A DNA stretch of 64,000 nt from Utricularia gibba. Taxonomy: Eukaryota > Plantae > Magnoliophyta. The notes below the pieces were generated by a model. The model worked only from the letters and a program-made list of their open reading frames with translations, was not told where the DNA came from and ran no database searches. This document shows, piece by piece, positions 12,749-22,980 of the stretch. Location: the NCBI GenBank assembly GCA_002189035.1, contig NEEC01000004.1, forward strand, positions 3,782,001-3,846,000, in the 5' to 3' direction. Position 1 is the stretch's first letter. Each line of letters starts with the position of its first letter. A program made the position numbers and the translations under genes.

Positions 12749-14135
12749 TGTTATAAGCCAATAACTAATCAAGAACCACAAATTACTAGAGGTCAAACAA
12801 TCACGTATTAATTCAAAAGGGAATTAACTTAGAGGTCACAACCTCCACTTTTCAAAATATGAACAACAAATTAACGAGAGGTCAAACTAGAAAACCCATG
12901 AGGTCACAACCTCATAAATCACAGCGAACAGACATAGAAACCACAAGAGGTCACAGCCTCTTTAGTCAAAACCCATAGGATACTTCAAACAAGAAACATA
13001 AATAATAGATAAACATTCCAGCAAGTTCCAGTTCATCTTTCTTTCTGTCGGGTCTGAAACTAGACTTGTGATCAGAGATTTCCTCAGAAAACCTGTCACT
13101 ACAGCCTTTGGAACAAGGAATTACCTTTAAATTTGCATTAGTTGAAAACTGCTTCCTCCTAACCTAATTCTTGCGGAAATAATTGAGGTGTTGGGCTGTC
13201 AAGTGGATTGGGCTGATTGGACCCAATCCTTCCTACATCATCCTCTTTGGGTGTAGAAGCATTCGCCTTCGAATGATATGAGAACATATGAAGAACATTA
13301 AAAACATTAGACATTTTTAATCTAGGGGTAGACGTACCTTATAGGCATTGGAATTGATCCTCTCAAGTACTTCTACTGGGCCAATCTTCTTAGATGCAAG
13401 CTTGTGATACTCATGAGTAGGATAATGGTTCTTCGTGATGAGTATTCAAACCAAATCCCCGACCTGGAGTTCCACAAGCCGCTTGGATTTTTCGGCATCG
13501 TCCTTGTATTTGGCATTGAATGCATTAAGGTTGTTGATCACTTGGTGAATCATCTTCGAGGAATTGACAAATTGTTCAGCATTTTCATTAAGACGACGCT
13601 GATCCGCTAGATGAGTTAGCTCAGTAGGTCCATGAGGTTGCAGACAATATACAACCTGAAAGAGGCTGAAGCCAATCGAACAGTTTACCACGTGACTATG
13701 GGCAAATTCAGCTCGACTCACGAGTACATCCCACCCACCCTTTATGATCATTGTCAACTAGGCACTGCAATCAATTCCCTAAAGAGCGATTCACAACTTC
13801 AGTCTGTCTGTTCGTCTCCAAGTGATAGGCACTGCTGAAATTAAACTTGGTGCCGACTAGGCACCACAAACTTCTCGAAAAATTGCCAACAAGCTTTGTA
13901 TCACGATAGATAAAGGTAGTTTGTGTAAACGATATATTTCTCGAAAGAAAGTAATAGTAACTGCACTTACATCCATCGTCTTCTTACATGGTATAAAGTG
14001 AGCCATTTTGGAAAAGCGATCTACAACAACAAACATAGAATCGAACCCACAAGCTGTCCACGGTAAACCCAAGACAAAGTCCATGTTAAGATCAACCCAC
14101 GGCTATGACGAAGTAGGTAAGGCTCGATATCTATT
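12749..14135 (-). mobile_element. Truncated Ty3/Gypsy chromovirus (CRM-like): integrase fragment plus 3' LTR (about 12749-13240)
   Basis: [39 protein letters not shown] and KIGPVEVLERINSNAYKV integrase motifs. Purine tract then TGATGTAGG LTR start; GAGGTCACAACCTC repeats in the LTR. Confidence 0.78.
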
Positions 14136-14139
14136 ATCA

Positions 14140-16824
14140 TATCACAAATTACCTCTTATTTTTTGGGAGAAGTTGTGAATACATCTGTTTTCTGTATGAA
14201 TCGCCTTTTGATAAAGGGAATTCCAAATGGTTTAACTCCATACGAAATGTGACATTGAAAAGCTTCGAATTAGAAAAATCTAATAAATCCTAAAGAAAAG
14301 CGATCTAAACTTCTCAAACACTTTCAAGTTGAAATATTTTTGAGATACTCAGGTACCAGTGAAATCTACATGATTTATCTACCTACAAGGAACAAACTTG
14401 AAGTTTAAGTGTTGATGCTATTGTAGATCAAACCCGCACCATTGATTGGAATTATGATACCTTTGCTAGTGAGACAATTGCTTACCCTCAAAAGATGTAA
14501 TACCTATATTCAAAGGGTGACCATGACTAAGGAATTGCAAGAGAAAATCATAAGTATCCCAAAATGAGGTGAGAAGTGAAAAAATTTGATGGGAACAATG
14601 CCCTTAGGAACAAACTGATGAAACAACAGTTGAAATTCTTTCGGTGCCTAAACCTAGAAATGAAAATGCTGAAGTTTCAACAAGCTGAAATTTCAGCGAA
14701 ATAGGAGAAACATTATTTATCAAGTGAGTATGAATTGTTGATAAAGGAACATATTCACGGGAACTCTCCCAATGATGATAACATCGATGCAAGAGAACTT
14801 GAATCATTCTGCAAAGATATATCACATAACTTTTGTCCCATAGAACAATAAGATAATTCTGATGAGTTCGATATACCTCATTTTCTATGCTCCAAATCTG
14901 ATAAAAATATAGATGATGAACCAGTGAGAGGCTATCGTTTCTTATTTAGAATTTATGATACAACATTGTTAGCACATGAACCACTTTCTATATGAAGCAC
15001 TTCAAACTTTGCTCAAAGAACATCAAGTATGGACTATTGTGGGTAAGCCTGAAAATATTAAATCTATTGGTCTAAAATGAGTCTTTTGTACATAGCTGTA
15101 TTCTGAATGCATTATTAACAAACTAAAGTCTAGGTTGGTGGCCAAAGGATACTTACAACGTGAAGGAGTCGATTATCATAAAACATTCGTATATGGCAAG
15201 ACTTGATTAAACCAAGAGTGGAATCTGTCATTTTGATATCAAAAGTACCTTTTAAAGGAAGACCTCAACGAAGATATTTATGTTCAATCTCCTCCTAGCT
15301 TAGTTCTATAAAATGGATCAAAAAAAGTTTTGAAATTGAAAAAGACTTTATGGACTAAAACATGCATCAAAGGAATGGTATACAACGATTGATAACTGGC
15401 TCTTATAAATGGGATACACTAGAAACAAAAATGACACCACCCTTTATGTTCTAGACACCGATATTGGAAGAACTATTATCACTCTATATGTTAATGGCAT
15501 CTTAATCACCAGAAATAATGAAGCAACTATAGCTAATCAGAAGGAGAAATTGAAGAATGCTTTGATCTTACCGGTTTAGGGCTGGGACAATATCTTCTTG
15601 GAATGAAAATTAGACAAGATTGTGACTCATTTTTCTAAGCCAAAGAAAATACATAGAAGACTTATTGGCTAGATTCAATCTATCATTCTCAAAAGACGTT
15701 GCTACTCCCTTCACCTCCTATTTAATGTGCCAAGCAAATCGATTGGCTAAGGAAGAAGTCGCACAAATCATAGAAGCTTTATAAAAAATATTTGAAAAAT
15801 GATAAAAATTTTATTATATCTAATTTCTACAAGACCAAACATAACATTTGCAATGACTTTTCTTTCTAGATACATGCACAATCTTTAATTTCTATACCTT
15901 GAGATTGCTAATAAACAGTAAAATATTTTAAAATAGTGATATCTTTTTATCTAAATTTCAAAAACTATACTGACACATCTCTCCAAGGCTTTGTACATTC
16001 AGATTTTTTAAGTGATGAAACATACTTGAAATCAATGATAGGATATTTGTTTACCTTAGGATCAGCAACTTTCTCTTGAAATAGTCACAACAGAATCTAG
16101 TAGCTCAATCATTAGCTAAAGCTGAGTATATTGTTGGAGTCACCACCGCAAACCATGCCCAACAAATACAAAAATTGTGTAAAGATTTGAAAATAAGAGT
16201 ACATAAACCATTGATTCTGAAGATCAATAATATGTCGATAATTAGTATTGCCCAAAATCCGGTTCTATTCGGAAAGATGAAGCACATCCAGCAAATACCA
16301 TGTTCTACGAGATTGCAAAAAAGAGAGTAGCATCAAGTTAGAATACTTACCAATAGAATAGCAAGCCATTAATACTCTAATGAAGACCATCTTTCCAAAA
16401 CACTTTTCCCATATCAGTGAGTTATTAGGAATGCGACCAAATCTTGATTGCTCTAAAAATTTATCCAACTACATCAAGGATGAATGTTGGAAGGTAATGA
16501 TGCAAGTGAAATAAATTTGTAGCATCAAGAGAAGCCTCAGCCGCAATAACCTCAAAATCACAATAAGAAGAAATTGATGAAGAAAGCGACAAAAGAGTTA
16601 AGGTTGATAATTCTGGATCCTAATGCGGTTGGATAGATCAAGAAGAATCAAATGAGGCTTCATAGCATAGGCAATGATCTCATTTCAACAACCTTATTTT
16701 CTATTATATATACATTTAGAAAATTTGTACAAAATAAGGAATAATCCCCTTTTTTTTATGTATCCATATCAATACATAATTTTCTTCAAATGCTCATATC
16801 ATACATTGCTCTCAAGTGCTAACA
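14140..16824 (+). mobile_element. 5'-truncated degenerate Copia (integrase end, RT, RNase H, 3' LTR 16485-16824), related to the 18904-27238 element
   Basis: RT and RNase H remnants (RNKNDTTLYVLD, LAKAEYIVG, KLEYLP). PPT CATCAAGGATGAA then TGTTGG; LTR ends GCTAACA about 22 nt from the AHL exon donor. Confidence 0.8.
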
Positions 16825-17629
16825 TAAATTAATGCATTATACACCACTTCATATTTGACTAGTAACATCAGAATTTGTGGGTTTGGTGTAATGTCATAGC
16901 GGATATTGATCAATTAGGAGATATTATGCATAAAGTTCATGGCCATTGCTGTGCAAATGCAAGATTATTTTCAACAACATCCTACAAACATTCATATTGA
17001 AAATGACAAAATATTTGTTGTCATTGCAAATAAATAGATTATAAGCAAATCTTCAACATGCAAGATATGTGATTTAAAATCAAATCCAATTAAGTTGTTC
17101 TCATTCTTCTCGCAATACATAAGCAACAAGAGTCACAACAATTCATTCACATTGAACACTTTGTTAAGAATCAGATTGCTTGGTGGATTATGAAAACAAA
17201 TATATCTCCAATTCCCTTGATTACCTGCTTGAAAAAAAAGGAAAGTAAGTTAGCAAGAAATAGAAGAAATGAAAATGAATACCAACAAAAGTAAGTTTCT
17301 GCTTTCAACCAGTTGTAGGAGGTCTCTCTCTCCAACACTTTTCACTAGTAAAAGGGGTGGGCATCTACAACAAGGAGAAACCTGGTTCCCCAACAGCTAT
17401 ATTTAATTATCATTATACATTACTTACACATAAGGTTTTAGAATTGATATTTATGTGTAATGTGCAATGATTGATATGGAATGAAAAAATGGAACTTTTT
17501 TGAATTAAAAGCTCCTTTTTCTTACTTGCACCAATTTGAGTAATTTTTATTAGTAAAAGGATTTCCCATGTATCAAAGCACAACAATCATAATCCTCCAA
17601 GGATGTTTAATAGTTTGATGCCTGCCCTC

Positions 17630-17920
17630 AAGTTAACAAGATGCAACTCTAAAAGCTGGAGTTTGTGTATGCAAGCATTGTTCAAAGTCTATGAAGTGTT
17701 GGATGTTGTGAAGGATGACATCGTTGAGAATGCTAATGCTTCAACATAGGAGAAAGACAAAAAAACTTTATATTTGACATATCAAGCCTTGGATGATAAG
17801 ATGTTTGAGAAAGTGGTAGGAGCTACAATGTTGAAACAAGCATGTGATATGCTTAAAAATTCATTCCAAGAAGTTGGCAAAGTAAAGAGAGTTAGATTGT
17901 GAATATTAGGTGAGGAATTC
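17630..17920 (+). mobile_element. Copia gag (UBN2-type) fragment
   Basis: Translates to WSLCMQALFKVYEVLDVV..YQALDDKMFEKVVGAT..KVKRVRL with stops; similar to the gag of the 34854-40262 element. Confidence 0.6.
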
Positions 17921-18006
17921 AAGTGGCAAAAGCATGATGAGTCAATTACAATTGCTTTGAAAAAAGTAAACTTTTATGAATTTAAAAGTCTGCTTAGTTT
18001 GACAGT

Positions 18007-18234
18007 TTCATCTTAAGAGACAAATATTGAAGATAAGTTAAATTGAACCTTTGAAAAGTTATGATGTGTTGTATTTATTGCATAAATGAATGTAATATGA
18101 TAATTTTAATTGGTCTTAAGTTCATCTTAAGAGGCAAATGTTGAAGATAAGCTAAATTGAACCTTTGAAAACTTCTGGTGTGTTGTGTATGCATGAATAA
18201 ATGTAGTAAGATAATTTTAATTGGTATTAAAATT
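18007..18234. repeat. Two-copy 114-bp tandem duplication
   Basis: Units start TTCATCTTAAGAG at 18007 and 18121 and share GAAGATAAG.TAAATTGAACCTTTGAAAA and ATAATTTTAATTGGT. Confidence 0.75.
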
Positions 18235-19129
18235 TAATTACAAATAAAATTTTAAGATTGATATTTATATGCAATATGAGGTGTTTGATATAGGATGACA
18301 AACTAAAACTTTTATGTATTGAAATCACACTTCTATTGCTTGCACTCATCCAAACAATATTTATCATGAAAGGACCTCTTAAAAGCTTCTTTTACACCTA
18401 CTCCCGCACTATGTTTCCCATGCATACCTCTCTTCTTCACTTCGGAGGCTCACTTCAGGGAACTTTTGGAGTTACTAAATGATAGCATACAAATGATATG
18501 AAAATTATATCTTTTTTATTATGTTTTGAGTGTTTGTTTCATAATTTTAACTATTTTTTCAAACTAAGAAATAGATATGATTTTGTATGCATAAGGGCTA
18601 AATTCTTTGGTTTAGTTCATTCTATGTTATTAATTTTTTTTCGCACCGATTATTTAGCATGAGACGCACCACAAAAGAAGGGGACAATAAGTGTAACTTT
18701 CATCATAGTAGTTTGCAAATTGAGGCTGTACGGTGTCAGGAACAATACCCGTGATTTTATAGGTGATCTTCAAATATCACCGTGAGCATCAGGATGAGAC
18801 CTAGACCCACATCTACTCAGGTAAGAAGGATCTAGGCTGGACATGGCACGCCAATACTTCTCTTGCACCCATTCATTGAGTATGATCTTTTAGCAATTCT
18901 AAGTATAAGCGATAATGATATGATATCTGGTATGGAGTATGGATTTGAAAATGTGGTATGAGAGATATTTGTAATAGGCAAAAAAAATTATTACACGATA
19001 CAAAAGCAATTTACAAGAAGCATAGCAGGTATTTATAGGGCAATGGATAAATGTCCATTACCTATGAAATAGGTACTAGTCATTAGAGAGCAATAATTGT
19101 GATATAGACTTCATTTGGGCTTGAGAATC

Positions 19130-19339
19130 TTAGGTCTGGACAAACATGTTGCTTGTTGTCGAGCTTTTAGTATTGACCCACTTAGCTGATGAAGGGTCCA
19201 AAATAATTAGTCTCAATTCTTCATTCACTTTCCTCTTATCGCCACGATTTGCGCTGAATGACTCACCTCTCTCGGTCAATATCTCATCTTTATTTGATTG
19301 TTGCAATTTCTCCTTAGCTCCATCATCATAGACCTTCAT
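19130..19339 (-). other. Conserved open reading frame inside LTR U3 (69 aa, MKVYDDG..ELRLIILDP..), in frame with upstream RNase H
   Basis: ATG formed by the last PPT A plus the LTR TG. The same frame and ELRLIILD/NP motif occur at 27119-27093 and 16595-16621 (+). Confidence 0.55.
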
Positions 19340-20067
19340 TCCTCCTTGAGAATGGATTCAAGGAGAAATTGCAAAGTTTGTAAGATTCCAACGTAACTCT
19401 AGCAGTGTGCATATTTGAGCAAAATGCGTAGGAAATAGGGCTTTTGTCAATATGTCCACAACCTGTTGTTCTGAAGGCAAGTATTCAAGTTTAACGCTCC
19501 CTTCTTTGATGTAGTCTCTAAGAATGTGATATTTAATCTTGATATATTAAGTTTTTCCAAACATCACAAGATTATTGGCAATGCTCATGATTGACTTGTT
19601 GTCGATTCTAGAATTAGAGTTTTCTGTATCTTGATTTTTAGGTCCTCACATAGTTTAAGAATCCATTAGGCATGGTTAGTTGCAGAGGCACCAGCCATAT
19701 ATTCGGCTTCAGTGGATGATTGAGCAATTAAATCTTGCTTTCGGCTATTCCATGCAAAGGCAGCACATCCTAAGGTAAAGAAATATCCTATAGTAGATTT
19801 TAGATATGTTTCATCACTTGCAAAGTCAGCATCTACAAAGCCTTGAAGAGATAGGTTAGTATGTTTTTTGAAATATAAACCCATGTTTTTGGTGGATTTT
19901 AAATATCTAAGTACATTTTTAGCAATTTTATGATGTACTATGTGAGTGCATGAACCTTGAGAGAAACATTACCGCGAAGGTGATGTCAAGTCTGGTTGAA
20001 GTAACATATAATAGGGGTTATGCATTGATATTCTTGCACATTAATCACCTTGTCTGTAAGTTGTTGA

Positions 20068-22980
20068 TAGGGGTGGAAATGGATCGGATCAATTGGATAA
20101 TCCGGTCCAACCAATTTAATTGGATTGGATATGGATTATAATATTAATTATTCACATTGGTTTTGGTTTTGAAATGTATAATCCAATTTGGTTTTGAATG
20201 GTTTTGGATTACTTATTGTAAATCCAATCTGACCCATTTAATCCAATCTTTTTAAGTAAATAAATAAATATAATAAAAATAATCAAATATCAAATCAATC
20301 AGTATCATTAATTATAATACACTTTTTCCATTTTTCACTTTTCCAGTGACATTGAAGAGATTGAAAACAATATATTTACTTAAAAAAACCCTTCTTCCTC
20401 CTCCACCATGTGACGATTTTTTCAGAAAATGTCCAAGGAACAAGTTGTAAGAGGTTGCTCTAATGATTTACCAGGTAAGAATAATACAATATATTCAACT
20501 TTAAAATAAATCTTATATCTGTATTTTGCTTATCTTTTTAGTTTACTTATGGATATCTATTGTGGTGTTTTATTCTATTGTATTTACTAGGTGTTGATAT
20601 GAGTAATGTGGTTGAGAATGAAGAGATTCATTCTACTGATTTTACTGAAATTTTGGAAAATGAATCTGATAGTTCAAAGGCAAGGAAAAGAAAGAGACTT
20701 TTTTATTCAGAGATTTGGAAATACTATGAGTTAGTACAAGAAAAGGATAAAGTGGACAAAGCTAAATGCAAATATTGTGGGAAAATATATAAAGCAAGTA
20801 TAAATAGTGGCACAACAAATCTGAGAAATCATTATGAGAAATGCCTAGGACGTAAATGCAAGGATGTTGGACAATTACTTTTGAGTAAAAATGACTCATT
20901 AGTTGGCATAAGAAATGCAGCATTCAGTCAAGCCAAATTCAGAGATTTGTTAGCTAAAGCTATTGTTAAACATGAACTTCCATTTTTATTTGTGGAGTAT
21001 GAAGGTATTCGTGACATTTTTGATTATTTGCAACCAGATATAAGACATATATGCAGAAAGACAGCTAGAAGTGATGTTATGGATTTATTTCATAATGAGG
21101 GTAAGAAGCTTGCAGTTGAACTAAGGGATTGTCCAGGAAGAATTTGTTTAACTAGTGATTTGTGGACTTCGATCGTTTCTGATGGTTACTTAGCTTTGAC
21201 AATACATTACATTGATTCTAATTGGATGATGCAGAAACGAATACTTAGTTTTGCTTTTATGGCACCTCCTCACAGTGGATATTGTTTGGCAGAGAAAATA
21301 TTTAGTTTGCTAGCTCATTGGCGAATTGATAAGAAAGTGTTTACTATAACTTTGGATAATGCTTTTGCAAATGATGTGTTGGCTCAAGAGTTAAGGGTTA
21401 GGTTTCATTTTGGAAGATGTCATCTTATCAGTGAAGGTGATTTCTTACATGTTCGTTGTTATACACATATTATAAATTTGATTGTTCAAGAAGGGTTGAA
21501 AGATATTGATGCTTCTATTAATAATATCAGGGAATGTGCAAAATATGTGAAAGGTTCTCAGGTAAGAAAGAAAAGATTTATAGAATGTGTTTCAATATGT
21601 GATCTTGATCAAAAACATAGTTTGAGACAAGATGTATGTACAAGATGGAATTCTACATACATGATGCTATCATGTGCTTTGTATTTTCGGCGTGCATTTG
21701 AACATTTGAGTTTGGTAGATTCAAATTTCAAATATTGTCCTACCAATGATGAATGGGAGAAAGATGAAAAAATATGTGAGCTACTTCAAGTTTTCAATGA
21801 AGCTACCCATATTGTTTCTGCTATTAAGACTCCAACATCTCACTTATACTTTGCTTTGGTTTTCAAGATTAAGATGAAACTGATGAACGTATTGAAGAGT
21901 CCAGTTGAGTTTATGAGGAGAATGGCCATTAAAATGTACTCAAAGTTTGAAAAGTATTGGAATGAATGTCATACACTTTTGGATGTTGCAGTGGTATTTG
22001 ACCCAAGATACAAATTTCAATTTGTTGAGTGGTGTTTTTCAGCATTTAATGGGGATCATCATTCCGTAGAGTGTCAAAAGATAAAAGAAAAACTATACTT
22101 GATTTATCAAGAGTATGCTTCTTCAGATTCTCAAGAAAAGAGTTCTACACGAACTAGTGGAGATGTTTCTCTACAACCCATTGATATGAGTTTCAATAAT
22201 GATACAATAGATATATTTAAGGTATTAGTTTTTATATTTCATTTTAAAATTATTTTATTGTATGTATTCTTTTATCATCTAACAATTGTTATATTATTTA
22301 GGCATTTGATTGTTTTGATGCAAGTGAAGGTAGACAAAGGCTTCAAAAAAATCAGTTAGAACTTTACTTAGATGAGCCGAGAATAGAGAGATCTACTAAA
22401 ATTGATCTATTGGCTTTTTGGAAAGGTTACGAAATGAGGTATCCACAATTGTCTCAAATGGCAAGAGACATGCTTTCTATTCCAGTGTCTAGTGCTGCAT
22501 CAGAGTCAGCTTTTAGCATGGGAGGGAGAATATTAGATGAATATCGAAGTGCAATGAGTGCAGATACTGTCGAAGCTTTGGTGTGCTGTAAAGATTGGTT
22601 ATTGAAAGATAATGGTATTTAATATTTTTATTAATACAATTTAAATTATATATTAACATGTTTTCATTCATTTTATTACAGATTCCACAAGTTCTCATAT
22701 GGAAGAACTAGATGATTATACAAAGATCATTTTGGAGATATTGAATGAATGAAGCTACAATTAGAATGATTGAAGCTATGAATTTATGTATTTTATTTTG
22801 AATGCAAATATGCATTTTTTAATTTGGTTTGGATTTAGTTTTAGACATATTTTTTGGATCGGATGTGGTTTCAATGTCAAGACTTTTTTTGGTTTTGGAT
22901 TGGTTTTGGATATAAATATTTTTATTGGTTTGGTTTGAATTTACCATAATCCGATTCAATCTGGCCCATTTCCACCCCTA
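20068..22980 (+). mobile_element. hAT (Ac/Tam3-type) DNA transposon, 2913 bp, potentially autonomous
   Basis: Perfect 15-bp TIRs TAGGGGTGGAAATGG / CCATTTCCACCCCTA. 8-bp TSD GTTGTTGA at 20060-20067 and 22981-22988. Subterminal GGAT/ATCC and TTGGTT repeats. Confidence 0.97.
20429..22752 (+). CDS. hAT transposase with BED zinc finger, 686 aa; exons 20429-20474, 20591-22221, 22302-22614, 22682-22752
   Basis: Exon total 2061 nt, in frame, no stops. BED finger CKYC..HYEKC; catalytic D (TSDLW), D (TLDNA), E (SESAFS); CxxH (CYTH); dimerization domain. The first and last short exons are inferred from splice sites. Confidence 0.9.

Larger units (their letters stand above)
5091..18872 (-). pseudogene. 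Decayed AHL (AT-hook + PPC/DUF296, AHL5/AHL12-like) pseudogene interrupted by transposons
   Basis: Remnants in order: AT-hook-2 region RERPPTTG*KQKLTFVG with donor at 17282; exon 16981-16848 DVVENNLAFAQQWP*TLCIIS..TLHQ..SDVTVKYE with AG/GT borders; exon 5453-5343 GRFEIPCLSGSYLV..VGGKLIAANP; last exon VVAYSVLYG..KDIDLTHG* (TGA 5093-5091). Weaker: AT-hook-1 relic VKKRGMHGKH near 18410-18445 and possible start MGAREVLA at 18872. Multiple stops and frameshifts. Confidence 0.8.

Noticed and set aside
17060-17225. Possible AHL exon 2 relic (GFDFKSHILHVE)
   Set aside because: Similarity to GxxFxPHVI is weak and the splice borders are ambiguous.
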